From an uncultured Pelagibacteraceae bacterium (GTDB lineage: Bacteria; Pseudomonadota; Alphaproteobacteria; Pelagibacterales; Pelagibacteraceae), in assembly GCA_902616645.1 (NCBI GenBank), contig CACMTO010000004.1:25889-89888 (forward strand): DNA of 64,000 bases. Reading direction: 5' to 3'. The notes under the pieces are model-generated. The model saw only the letters and a list, made by a program, of their open reading frames with translations, did not search any database and was not told where the DNA came from. Both the position numbers and the translations under genes were made by a program. Within the stretch, counting starts at the first letter, position 1. Every line of letters begins with the position of its first letter. Positions 28,515 to 38,254 of this stretch are shown in pieces.

Positions 28515-28622
28515 AGGTCATTATTTACTTTACATTGAATATTTATTGAATTAACTGCTCGATTATTAAAGTTTTTTTAAAAAAGCTTTTTTTTGTTAAA
28601 TTTTTTTTGGGGGGCATTAAAA

Positions 28623-29807
28623 ATGCAAAAATTTAAGTCAGTTGAAGAATTAATTAATCAACTGAAACCTGATAAACCGGTTTATTGCATAAGAAAGAAT
28701 TCTATTCTTTCAGCATCAAATTACTTTCAAAAAAAATTTCCAGGCAAAGTTCTATTTGCAGTAAAGACAAATCCTAACGCTGAAGTAATAAAAACTTTAA
28801 TTAAGAGCGGTATTGAACAATTTGATGTTGCTTCTGTAGAAGAAATTAAATCAGTGAGAAAATTCAGTCAATCAGCAAAATGCTCTTTTATGCATACTGT
28901 AAAAAGTAAAGAAAGCATCAGTGAGGCTTATTTTAAATATGGAATTAAGACATTTGCGTTAGATACAAAAGATGAGTTAATTAAGATCATGGAAAGCACA
29001 GCTAAGGCTAAAGATCTTGAATTATTTGTAAGAGTAGCTGTTTCAAATGAACATGCAGAGATTGATTTATCTAAAAAATTTGGTGCAATAAGTTCCGAAG
29101 CTATAGGTCTTTTAAGACTTGTGAAACAGCATTCAAATAAAATTGGTCTAAGTTTTCACGTTGGATCACAATGCATGCATCCAATTTCTTACTCTAAAGG
29201 TATAAATGAAATAGGAAATATAATTAAAAAAACAAAGATAATCCCTGATTATATTAATGTAGGTGGTGGTTTTCCAACAATTTATCCTGATTTAATTCCT
29301 CAATCATTAGATAATTATTTTAATGAAATAAAAAAAAGTTTAGAAAACTTAAAATTAAATAATTTACCAGAAATTATATGTGAGCCAGGAAGAGCATTAG
29401 TAGCTGAAAGCGGTTCAACAATAGTAAGAGTTAATTTACGAAAAAAACAAAAGCTTTATATTAATGATGGAACTTATGGAACTCTTTTTGATGCTGGGAC
29501 ACCAAATATAGTATTTCCATCAAAAATGATAAAAGATAGTTCAAATAAAATTATATCAAAAAAACTAACTGCATTTGATTTTTATGGACCTACTTGCGAT
29601 AGTATGGACTATATGAAAGGCCCATTTCTTCTTCCTAATAATATTAAAGCAAATGATTATATAGAACTTGGGCAACTTGGCGCTTACGGATTGACTTTTA
29701 GAACTGAATTTAATGGGTTCTTCTCAAATGAAATTTATGAAGTTGAAGATAAACCAATAATGACACTTTATGATAAAGACATTAATAAAGCTACTTTGGT
29801 TGCTTAA
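28623..29807 (+). CDS. PLP fold type III basic amino acid decarboxylase (ODC-like; substrate possibly arginine)
   Basis: FAVKTNP, FDVAS, KFG, FHVGSQ, NVGGGF, EPGR, GPTCDS, GAY; ATG at 28623 after a G-rich SD-like run. Confidence 0.9.
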   Translation: MQKFKSVEELINQLKPDKPVYCIRKNSILSASNYFQKKFPGKVLFAVKTNPNAEVIKTLIKSGIEQFDVASVEEIKSVRKFSQSAKCSFMHTVKSKESISEAYFKYGIKTFALDTKDELIKIMESTAKAKDLELFVRVAVSNEHAEIDLSKKFGAISSEAIGLLRLVKQHSNKIGLSFHVGSQCMHPISYSKGINEIGNIIKKTKIIPDYINVGGGFPTIYPDLIPQSLDNYFNEIKKSLENLKLNNLPEIICEPGRALVAESGSTIVRVNLRKKQKLYINDGTYGTLFDAGTPNIVFPSKMIKDSSNKIISKKLTAFDFYGPTCDSMDYMKGPFLLPNNIKANDYIELGQLGAYGLTFRTEFNGFFSNEIYEVEDKPIMTLYDKDINKATLVA

Positions 29808-30850
29808 TGTCAAAAAATAAAAATCTAGGCCATAATAGTAAAAAAGATTTTCTAAAAAATCCAGTCAAACATATAGATATTACATCTTTTGACTCAAGAA
29901 AAATTATTTCATCAATGGAGAAAATGTCTTTTGTATCCAGAGAAACTGCTAATGCAGCGAACATCTATAATGAAATGTTAAAAGATAAAGATTGTACGAT
30001 TTTTTTAACCTTAGCCGGTTCAACTTCAGCAGCTGGATGTATGAATATTTATAAAGATTTAGTTAAATACAATATGGTTGATGCAATCGTTGCTACTGGT
30101 GCTTCCATAATTGATATGGATTTTTTTGAGGCATTAGGATTTAAACATTATCAGGGCTCTCAGTTTGAAGATGATACAGAACTTAGAAAAAATTATATTG
30201 ATAGAATATACGATACTTACATTGACGAAGACGAATTACAAATTTGTGACAAAAAAATTTGTGAAATAGCTGATAACTTAGAACCTAGAAGTTACACGTC
30301 TAGGGAATTTATTTACGAAATAGGAAAATATCTAAAAAAAAACTCAGTAAAGAAAGACTCTTTAATTGAGACTGCATACGATCATAATGTACCAATATTC
30401 TGCCCTGCTTTTACAGACTCTAGTGCTGGTTTTGGCTTGGTAATTCATCAAGAAAAAAACCCAAATTCTCATATCACAATAGATTCTGTAAGAGAATTTA
30501 GAGAATTAACTGAAATAAAAATTAAATCAAAAGGTTCTGGATTATTTATGATAGGTGGTGGAGTGCCAAAAAATTTTATTCAGGACACAGTCATTTGTGC
30601 TGAACTTTTAGGTAAAGATGTTGAAATGCACAAATATGCTGTACAAATTACTGTGGCAGACTCAAGAGATGGTGCTTGTAGCAGCTCTACTTTAAAAGAG
30701 GCAAGTTCATGGGGGAAAGTTGATGTTACCAAGGAACAAATGGTTTTTGCAGAGGCAACAAGTGTATTACCTTTAATTGCAAGTGATGCATATCATAAAG
30801 GTGAATGGAAAAGTAGGGATAGAAAAAACTTTACAAAAATTTTTGGATAG
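29807..30850 (+). CDS. Deoxyhypusine synthase-like aminobutyltransferase
   Basis: IDRIYD, PAFTDSS, IGGGVPKNF, DGACSS, EASSWGK (active-site Lys), EATSVLPL. Confidence 0.92.
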   Translation: MSKNKNLGHNSKKDFLKNPVKHIDITSFDSRKIISSMEKMSFVSRETANAANIYNEMLKDKDCTIFLTLAGSTSAAGCMNIYKDLVKYNMVDAIVATGASIIDMDFFEALGFKHYQGSQFEDDTELRKNYIDRIYDTYIDEDELQICDKKICEIADNLEPRSYTSREFIYEIGKYLKKNSVKKDSLIETAYDHNVPIFCPAFTDSSAGFGLVIHQEKNPNSHITIDSVREFRELTEIKIKSKGSGLFMIGGGVPKNFIQDTVICAELLGKDVEMHKYAVQITVADSRDGACSSSTLKEASSWGKVDVTKEQMVFAEATSVLPLIASDAYHKGEWKSRDRKNFTKIFG

Positions 30851-30854
30851 AACA

Positions 30855-31730
30855 TTGCAATATCTTTCAAATAAAAAAGGGTTTCTTGGTATAGACAATA
30901 AATTCAATTTTAAAGAGAAAGTTGTAATTGTTCCTTTTGGTTTAGAAAAAACCGTTAGTTATGGTGGTGGGACTAAAAATGGACCGAGAGAGATAATCAA
31001 AGCTTCACATCAAGTTGAATTATATGATGAAGAATTAAATTGTGAACCTTATAGAAAAATTGGAATAAAAACCTTAAAACCTTTTAAGATTGATAAAAAT
31101 ATTAAAAAAGCTTTAAACAAAATAGCTGACGTAAATAAAGAAATTCTTAATAATAAACTTTTTCCAATGACTCTTGGTGGTGAGCATTCAATTACACCAG
31201 GATGTATAGTTCCATTTGTCAAAAAACATAAAAAAATCTGCCTTTTACATTTTGATGCTCATGCAGATTTAAGAGAAAGTTACAATGGTGAAAAATTTTC
31301 GCATGCTTCTGCTATAAGAAGATGTTTAGATTATAAGAATGTCTCAGTAATCTCATTTGGAATTAGAAATATTTCTAAAGAAGAGATACCTTTCTTAAAA
31401 AAAAATAGATCTAGAATTAGTATTTTTTGGGCAAAAGATAAAATAAAATGGAATTTAAAAAAATTTAAAAAACTTATTAAAAATAAAATTGTTTATCTAA
31501 CTTTTGATGTAGATGGTTTAGATTCGAGTATTATGCCAGCAACTGGAACGCCTGAACCTGGTGGTTTGCTGTGGGACGAGGTTTTAGATATAATCAAAAT
31601 TGCAGCTAAAAACTCTAACATCGTTGGTGCAGATATAAATGAGCTTGCGCCGATTAAAGGATTTAATTCTTACAATTTTCTTGTAGCAAAATTAGCTTAT
31701 AAAATATTATCTTATAAATATTTGTGTTAA
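30855..31730 (+). CDS. speB: Agmatinase/ureohydrolase
   Basis: GGEHS, HFDAHAD, SHAS, TFDVDGLD, PATGTPEPGG, ELAP; in-frame TTG at 30855 preferred to 30777. Confidence 0.9.
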   Translation: MQYLSNKKGFLGIDNKFNFKEKVVIVPFGLEKTVSYGGGTKNGPREIIKASHQVELYDEELNCEPYRKIGIKTLKPFKIDKNIKKALNKIADVNKEILNNKLFPMTLGGEHSITPGCIVPFVKKHKKICLLHFDAHADLRESYNGEKFSHASAIRRCLDYKNVSVISFGIRNISKEEIPFLKKNRSRISIFWAKDKIKWNLKKFKKLIKNKIVYLTFDVDGLDSSIMPATGTPEPGGLLWDEVLDIIKIAAKNSNIVGADINELAPIKGFNSYNFLVAKLAYKILSYKYLC

Positions 31731-31732
31731 AA

Positions 31733-32281
31733 CTAAATTGGCTTGAGAGTTTTAAGTAGTAGTCTAAATGGGACAAGCATCACTAAGGTGACAAAAATTT
31801 TAACGCTTAAATCTCCTAAAGACAATGTAATCCAAGGAATGCCTGTTCCATAAAAAGATATCGAAAAAAATATAAATGTGTCAATTGTCGAACCTATCAA
31901 AGATGAAGTTAAAGGTGCAACAAACCATTCTTTCTTTCTTAATTTATCAAAAATTTGAACATCTAACAGCTGAGCAATTAAAAAGGCAGTACCCGAACCT
32001 ATTGCAATTCTTACAGATATCAAATCCCCGAAGTTTGTTGAAAATAGAAGTGTAAAGCTAATACCTATAGCAAAACCAATATAAACAATTTTTCTAGCAA
32101 CTATCTTACCAAAAGATCTGTTAGCTAAATCTGTAATCAAGAAAGCAATTGGATAGCTAAATGCTCCGTAGGTCAATATTTCCTCTAAACCATAATAGTT
32201 AATAGGAAACTGAACTAAATAATTAGATGCTAAAACAACTGCTCCCATCAAAAATGAGAGTATTAAAAAAATTTTATTCAT
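31733..32281 (-). CDS. yhhQ: Queuosine precursor transporter (YhhQ/Vut_1)
   Basis: ASNYLVQ, TYGAFSYPIAFLITD, RIAIGS..AFL.AQLLD, IDT..FFS. Confidence 0.88.
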   Translation of the reverse strand: MNKIFLILSFLMGAVVLASNYLVQFPINYYGLEEILTYGAFSYPIAFLITDLANRSFGKIVARKIVYIGFAIGISFTLLFSTNFGDLISVRIAIGSGTAFLIAQLLDVQIFDKLRKKEWFVAPLTSSLIGSTIDTFIFFSISFYGTGIPWITLSLGDLSVKIFVTLVMLVPFRLLLKTLKPI

Positions 32282-32595
32282 TAGGCTGTCTTAGTTTGAA
32301 CTTGTTTTTTTTGAAACGGAGACTTGATTAGTAAACTTTTTTTCATCTTCTTTAATCTTGGAGATAAATTTTTATTTTTTACAGTTTTTAAAAACTCATC
32401 AAAACTTCCTTTTTTATCTACAGATCTTACGCCAGCATTACTTACTGTGAGTTTCATGCTTCTTTTTAAAAGTTCACTAGTAAATTTTACTCTTTTTAGA
32501 TTAGGTAAAAATCTTCTTTTTGTCTTATTGTTAGCATGACTTACATTATGACCTTTGAGAGGAATTTTGCCTGTGAGTTCACATTTTTTTGACAT
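32281..32595 (-). CDS. rpmB: 50S ribosomal protein L28
   Basis: [25 protein letters not shown]. Confidence 0.97.
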   Translation of the reverse strand: MSKKCELTGKIPLKGHNVSHANNKTKRRFLPNLKRVKFTSELLKRSMKLTVSNAGVRSVDKKGSFDEFLKTVKNKNLSPRLKKMKKSLLIKSPFQKKQVQTKTA

Positions 32596-32607
32596 AATAT
32601 TTTCGAC

Positions 32608-32636
32608 TGTATAAAGTGTGATGATGATCGCGTCAA
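32608..32636 (-). promoter_or_regulatory. Sigma70 promoter of rpmB-yhhQ
   Basis: Minus strand TTGACG-N17-TATACA, ending 12 nt before the ATG. Confidence 0.6.
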
Positions 32637-32647
32637 GTTAATATAGT

Positions 32648-33700
32648 TTAAGAAATTGTTTTTTTTCCTATAATTTCACTGTAATGTTTAACACCATCTC
32701 TCAACAATAACTCCTTAAGTTCTTTTTTAATCAGGTTTACGATATTTGGTCCTCTGTATACCATACCTGTGTAAAGCTGAATATAACTCGCCCCAGCTAA
32801 AAACTTATTGTATGCACTTATCCCAGAGTCTACTCCACCAACCCCAATAATTTTGATTTTATTACCAAAAATTTTATAAAATTTTCTAATTAATTTTGTA
32901 GATTTTTCCTCTATTGGTTTGCCTGATAAACCTCCTTTTTGATGCTTTTGAATATCATTTAGCTTGTCTCGAGTAGAATCTGAGCTGTTCGATAAAATGA
33001 CTGCTGCTATACCATTGCTCAAAAGAACATCTGAAATTCTGGATATTTCCTGATCTTTTATGTCTGGTGAAACTTTTACTACAATAGGAATATTAGAATT
33101 TAGTTTTTTTTTTTCACTGTTGATTATATTTAATAAATTATTCAATTTATCATGATCATGAAAATTTCTTAGTTGATCAGTATTGGGAGATGAAATATTA
33201 ATCGTAATATAATCAGCAAATTCGTGAAAAGTTTTTAAACATTCAACATAATCCTTTGACCTATCTTTTGTATCTTTATTAGGACCTATGTTAATTCCAA
33301 GTAAACCTATTTGTTTATTAGCTGAGATTCTTTCAGCTATATTTTTTGCGCCTAAATTGTTAAAACCCAATCTATTAATTAATGCCTCATCTTCAACTAA
33401 TCTAAAAACTCTTGGTTTGGGGTTACCATATTGTTTAAGAGGTGTAACTGTGCCTACCTCAACAAAACCAAATCCCAATTTAAATAAAGAATTATAAACT
33501 TCAGCATTTTTGTCAAATCCTGCTGCCATTCCAATTGGATTTTCTATTTCTCTATCAAACAACTTAGTCTTAAATAAATTGCTATTTTTGTTTGTGTCCA
33601 AAAAATTTGGCACAAAATTAAATTTTAAAGACTTAATTGCCAAACTATGAGCTGTCTCTGGATCAAGTTTAAAAATAAGAGATCTTAAATTTGAAAACAT
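32648..33700 (-). CDS. pyrD: Quinone-dependent dihydroorotate dehydrogenase
   Basis: PETAH, AAGFDKN, QYGNPKPRVFRL, NISSPNT, GGLSG. Confidence 0.97.
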   Translation of the reverse strand: MFSNLRSLIFKLDPETAHSLAIKSLKFNFVPNFLDTNKNSNLFKTKLFDREIENPIGMAAGFDKNAEVYNSLFKLGFGFVEVGTVTPLKQYGNPKPRVFRLVEDEALINRLGFNNLGAKNIAERISANKQIGLLGINIGPNKDTKDRSKDYVECLKTFHEFADYITINISSPNTDQLRNFHDHDKLNNLLNIINSEKKKLNSNIPIVVKVSPDIKDQEISRISDVLLSNGIAAVILSNSSDSTRDKLNDIQKHQKGGLSGKPIEEKSTKLIRKFYKIFGNKIKIIGVGGVDSGISAYNKFLAGASYIQLYTGMVYRGPNIVNLIKKELKELLLRDGVKHYSEIIGKKTIS

Positions 33701-35262
33701 TATCTAATCTTATTTAATATAAGATCTTTTGTTTCTTTAACACCAAAAAAACTAATAAAAAAACCCATTCGTGGACCATTTTCATCACCAAATACAACTT
33801 CATAAATCAATTTAAACCAATCTCTAAGATTTTCGGAATAACCATTTTCTTTTCCAGTTGAATATATCATAGTTTGAATATCCTCCGGTTTCATTGAATC
33901 ATCGCATTTTTCTAATGTAATAACTAAAGCTTCTAATGCTAATTTCTCCTCTTTATTTGGTTTTTTATACTTTTTTTTCATCTTGATAACATCGTTAAAA
34001 TATCTAATTGCATACTCCACTAATTTATCAAAGATAGGATAATCTTCTTCTTGAATATCGGATTTATATTTTTTTACAAATTTCCATAAAAGCTCTTTAC
34101 TGTTTGCGTTACTAGTTTCGACAAGGTTGAGAAGCATTGAAAATGACATAATCATTTTCTCATTTGGTACTACACTACTATGGACATGCCAAACTGGGTT
34201 CGTTAGAATCTGTAATTCATTTTGAGATTTAGCTTTTTCCAAACAATCTAAGTATTCATCAACCGTTTTGGGAACTATATCTTTATATAATTTTTTTGCT
34301 CTTCTAGGATTTTGGTACATGTATAGTGATAAACTCTCTGGCGACGCGTATTGTAACCATTGATCAATTGTAATTCCATTTCCTTTAGATTTCGAAATTT
34401 TTTCTCCCTTTTCATCTAAAAAAAGTTCATAAGCAAATCCGGATGGATTCATCTTTCCAATTAGCTTAATAATTTTTGAAGACAATATTGCACTTTCAAT
34501 CAAGTCTTTTCCATACATCTCAAAGTCAACATCTAAAGCATACCATCTCATTGCCCAGTCTACTTTCCATTGTAATTTACAATTTCCATCTAAAATACTT
34601 ACTTCTAATTCTTTTCCATTATTATCGAAAACAATTTTAGAATTTACTTTATCTATTTTCTTTAAAGGAATTTCTAAAACATGTCCTGTATCAGGACATA
34701 TAGGTAAGAATGGACAATAAGTTTTTTGTCTTTCTTTTCCCAGTGTTGGTAAAATAATTTTCATGATTCCATCATAGTTTTCCAAAATAACTTTTAAAGC
34801 AGAATTAAAAAAACCAGATTTATAAAGTAATGTAGAACTTTTAAAGCTGTAATTGAATTTAAAACTATCTAAAAAATTTTTAAGCATTTCATTATTATGT
34901 TCACCGAAGCTATTAAACTTACCAAAAGGGTCAGGAACTTTTGTAAGGGGTTTATGTAAATTTTTTTCTAGTAAGTCTTTTTGAGGAACATTATCTGGAA
35001 CTTTTCTTAAACCATCCATATCATCTGAAAATGTAATAATTTCTGTCGGAAGATTTGTTAATTGTCTCAAAGCATTAACTAACATTGAAGTTCTTGCAAC
35101 TTCTCCAAATGTACCAATATGAGGTAAGCCACTAGGTCCATAACCAGTTTGAAGAATAATTTTCCCTTTTTTTTCAATAAAAGATTTTCTTTCACGAAGC
35201 ATTTTTTTTGCCTCAACAAAAGGCCATGCACTTGTTTTATCTAAATTTTCTTTTTTTATCAT
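33700..35262 (-). CDS. lysS: Lysine--tRNA ligase, class I
   Basis: TGYGPSGLPHIGTFGE, KLQWKVDW, KISKSKGNG, GPRMG. Confidence 0.96.
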   Translation of the reverse strand: MIKKENLDKTSAWPFVEAKKMLRERKSFIEKKGKIILQTGYGPSGLPHIGTFGEVARTSMLVNALRQLTNLPTEIITFSDDMDGLRKVPDNVPQKDLLEKNLHKPLTKVPDPFGKFNSFGEHNNEMLKNFLDSFKFNYSFKSSTLLYKSGFFNSALKVILENYDGIMKIILPTLGKERQKTYCPFLPICPDTGHVLEIPLKKIDKVNSKIVFDNNGKELEVSILDGNCKLQWKVDWAMRWYALDVDFEMYGKDLIESAILSSKIIKLIGKMNPSGFAYELFLDEKGEKISKSKGNGITIDQWLQYASPESLSLYMYQNPRRAKKLYKDIVPKTVDEYLDCLEKAKSQNELQILTNPVWHVHSSVVPNEKMIMSFSMLLNLVETSNANSKELLWKFVKKYKSDIQEEDYPIFDKLVEYAIRYFNDVIKMKKKYKKPNKEEKLALEALVITLEKCDDSMKPEDIQTMIYSTGKENGYSENLRDWFKLIYEVVFGDENGPRMGFFISFFGVKETKDLILNKIR

Positions 35263-35349
35263 GAATAATTCAAAAAAATCTCATATTAACGATTTAAATA
35301 ATTCTTATAGAGTTGAAATTTATTTACCATAAAATAATGTTCTTTCAAA

Positions 35350-36789
35350 ATGTCTAATTATAAAACTGTTTTTTTCACTCTTGGAATTCTTCAGATGATT
35401 CTTGGGGTTTTTATGTTGATTCCAATAATTATTCAATTTCTTTATAAGGAACTTGATTCGTCTTTTTTTGGTGCATCAATTGTTACAATTATTTTCGGAA
35501 CATTATTTTTTTTATCAAACTTAGATCATGAAAAAAAACTAAATCTGCAACAAGCTTTTTTATTAACTTCTTTGTCGTGGTTAAGTATAGCTATTTTTGG
35601 ATCTCTTCCTTTTATTTTTTCTAATGTTAATTTTTCTATGACAAATGCTTTCTTTGAAAGTATGTCAGGAATAACAACAACAGGATCCACAATCATCTCT
35701 GATTTAGAAAATATGCCAAAAGGGATTCTTTTTTGGAGAGCTATACTTCAATGGCTTGGGGGAATAGGGATAATTGTGATGGCAATTACTTTAATGCCAA
35801 TAATGAATGTTGGAGGAATGCAATTATTCAAAATTTCTAATAACGACTCATCTGAAAAAATTCTTCCTAAATCAAAAGAAATTGCACTGAGATTAATTTA
35901 TATTTATTCAGGATTAACAGCTCTTTGTGCATTTTCATACAAATTCTTGGGTATGAATACTTTTGATAGCCTTACACACTCTATGACTACTATAGCAACA
36001 GGGGGGTTCTCTAATTATAATGAGTCTATTGGTTTCTTTAATAGTATATCTATAGAAATTTCAGCAATGATTTTTATAATTCTAGGTAGTTTACCTTTCA
36101 TTGTATACATCAAATTTTTAAATGGTGATAAAAAAATTTTTATTTCAGACGTTCAAATAAAGACTTTTTTAAAAATTATTGTTGTCAGTGTTATAATTTT
36201 ATCAATTTATATGACTATTGGTAACTCCACTCAGCTTAATTTAAGATCAATTCTTTTTAATGTAATATCTATTTTAACTGGGACAGGTTATGTAAATGAT
36301 CAATTTGATAATTGGGGCGGATTTTCTATAACTTTATTTTTATTGTTAATGTTCATAGGTGGGTGTGCAGGGTCTACAACATGTGGAATAAAAATATTTA
36401 GATTTCAAATTCTTTACTCTTTTGTTGCAAATCAACTAAAAAAAATCATTTATCCTAAGGGGATTTTCATATTGAAGTATAACAAAAATCCTATTGACGA
36501 TAAATTTATTTCATCAATCATCTCATTTATATACATGTATTTTGTTATATTTTTTTTTATAACTGCTTTACTATCTTTAACTGGATTAGATTTCATAACC
36601 TCAATATCAGGTGCAGCCACTTCTATTTCGAATGTTGGTCCTGGTCTTGGGTCTGTTATAGGACCAAATGGAAATTTTTCTTCACTACCTGATGTTTCAA
36701 AATGGATATTAACATTAGGTATGATACTTGGAAGATTGGAGTTGTTTGCTATATTAGTTTTATTTTTACCCTCTTTTTGGCGAAATTAG
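35350..36789 (+). CDS. trkH: Trk potassium uptake permease
   Basis: FESMSGITTTG, QWLGG.G, ATGGFS, GGCAGST..GIK, SNVGPG, GRLE. Confidence 0.96.
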   Translation: MSNYKTVFFTLGILQMILGVFMLIPIIIQFLYKELDSSFFGASIVTIIFGTLFFLSNLDHEKKLNLQQAFLLTSLSWLSIAIFGSLPFIFSNVNFSMTNAFFESMSGITTTGSTIISDLENMPKGILFWRAILQWLGGIGIIVMAITLMPIMNVGGMQLFKISNNDSSEKILPKSKEIALRLIYIYSGLTALCAFSYKFLGMNTFDSLTHSMTTIATGGFSNYNESIGFFNSISIEISAMIFIILGSLPFIVYIKFLNGDKKIFISDVQIKTFLKIIVVSVIILSIYMTIGNSTQLNLRSILFNVISILTGTGYVNDQFDNWGGFSITLFLLLMFIGGCAGSTTCGIKIFRFQILYSFVANQLKKIIYPKGIFILKYNKNPIDDKFISSIISFIYMYFVIFFFITALLSLTGLDFITSISGAATSISNVGPGLGSVIGPNGNFSSLPDVSKWILTLGMILGRLELFAILVLFLPSFWRN

Positions 36790-36793
36790 TATT

Positions 36794-38254
36794 ATGAAAG
36801 ATATAGATATTTTTTTTAAAGAAAAACCACTTAAAATGATTTGTTTAGGTTTTTCATCTGGTCTTCCAATTTTGTTAGTTTTTTCAACTTTATCTGTTTG
36901 GTTGATACAAGCAGGTATAAATAGAAGTACTGTAACTTTATTTAGTTGGGCAGGTTTTGCCTATGCTTTCAAATATTTATGGTCTCCACTAGTAGATAAT
37001 TATAATTTGCCATTTTTAAAAAAATTAGGCCACAGAAAAAGTTGGTTATTGACTTCACAAATATTAATCATAATAGCTCTTGTTTTGACTGCATTTACTG
37101 ATCCACAAAATAATTTGTTTTTTACTGCATTATTTATATCACTTTTAGCCTTTTTCAGTGCTACACAAGATATATTAGTGGATGCATTTAGAATAGAGTC
37201 TGCGCCTCAATCTCTACAAGGTCCAATGTCATCAATGTATATCGCTGGATACAGAATAGCTATGCTTGTGGCTGGTGCAGGAAGCTTATGGTTAGCGGCT
37301 TTGTTTGGAACTGAAATCTATAATCAAGAAGTGTGGAAAAAGGTATATCTAGCGATGTCAAGCTTTATGTTTATTGGAATTTTTGCAACTATATCCTCCA
37401 ATGAACCAAAGATTAAAAGAAATCTTAAAACAAAAAATCATTTGCAATTTTTATTTGCTATATTTTTTTCAGTTGTTGGTTTTATTTTCTTGTATTCTAT
37501 TATTGATAATCCTTTTGATAAAAAAGATATTTTCTTAACATTTTTATTTTCAATAATTAGGCTAATTATATGTTTTATTTTTGCATTTTTGATTATTAAA
37601 TTTTTAATTTTAATTAAATTTACCTCAGAGGAAAAAATCTCTAAAAGTTATCTAGGGCCAATCATAAATTTTGTAAAAAGATATGGTAAATTTGCTTTCT
37701 TAATTTTACTTTTAATTTCTTTATACCGTATTGCTGATGTTGTTATGGGGGTTATGGCAAATATATTCTATCTAGAGAAAGGTTATAAAATTTCAGAAAT
37801 CGCGACATTTTCAAAATTTTTTGGTGTATTTGCAACTATAATTGGCGGTTTCATTGGAGGTTACTTCTCATTTAAATTTGGTACGATGAGGGGATTATTT
37901 TTTGGAGCTCTTGTAGCGGCTCTTAGTAATTTACTGTTTGCATGGTTGGCAGTTTCGCCAATAAGTATAAATTTTTTAGTAGCAGTAATTACCGCAGATA
38001 ATATTTCAAGTGGCTTCGCTGGTGCTGCATTTGTTATTTATTTATCTGGTCTTACTTCAATAAAATTTACAGCAACTCAATATGCGCTATTCAGCTCAAT
38101 TATGCTTTTTTTACCAAAACTTATTGCTGGATACGCAGGAAGCTGGGTTGATGTAATGGGTTATGCTTATTTTTTCTCATTAACAGCATTATTAGGATTG
38201 CCAGTGCTTCTCTTAATCTTCTGGATTGGAAAAGTTGCACCAATTAAAAATTAA
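36794..38254 (+). CDS. ampG: Muropeptide MFS permease AmpG
   Basis: LGFSSGLP, KYLWSPLVD, SATQDILVDAFRIE, FTATQYALFSS. Confidence 0.93.
   Translation: MKDIDIFFKEKPLKMICLGFSSGLPILLVFSTLSVWLIQAGINRSTVTLFSWAGFAYAFKYLWSPLVDNYNLPFLKKLGHRKSWLLTSQILIIIALVLTAFTDPQNNLFFTALFISLLAFFSATQDILVDAFRIESAPQSLQGPMSSMYIAGYRIAMLVAGAGSLWLAALFGTEIYNQEVWKKVYLAMSSFMFIGIFATISSNEPKIKRNLKTKNHLQFLFAIFFSVVGFIFLYSIIDNPFDKKDIFLTFLFSIIRLIICFIFAFLIIKFLILIKFTSEEKISKSYLGPIINFVKRYGKFAFLILLLISLYRIADVVMGVMANIFYLEKGYKISEIATFSKFFGVFATIIGGFIGGYFSFKFGTMRGLFFGALVAALSNLLFAWLAVSPISINFLVAVITADNISSGFAGAAFVIYLSGLTSIKFTATQYALFSSIMLFLPKLIAGYAGSWVDVMGYAYFFSLTALLGLPVLLLIFWIGKVAPIKN

Noticed and set aside
28568-28594. Terminator-like hairpin and T run in the polyamine operon leader
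   Set aside because: The stem is almost all A-U with a single G-C pair, too weak to support an attenuator call.
29807-30850. DHS-like gene as evidence of eIF5A/EF-P hypusination
   Set aside because: The operon context points to polyamine synthesis, and no efp gene is nearby.
30777-30854. Apparent 74-nt overlap between the DHS-like gene and speB in the ORF track
   Set aside because: An in-frame TTG at 30855 just after the upstream stop is a more plausible start. Similar over-extensions were trimmed for cfa, gpt, DUF1330, the decarboxylase and gloB.
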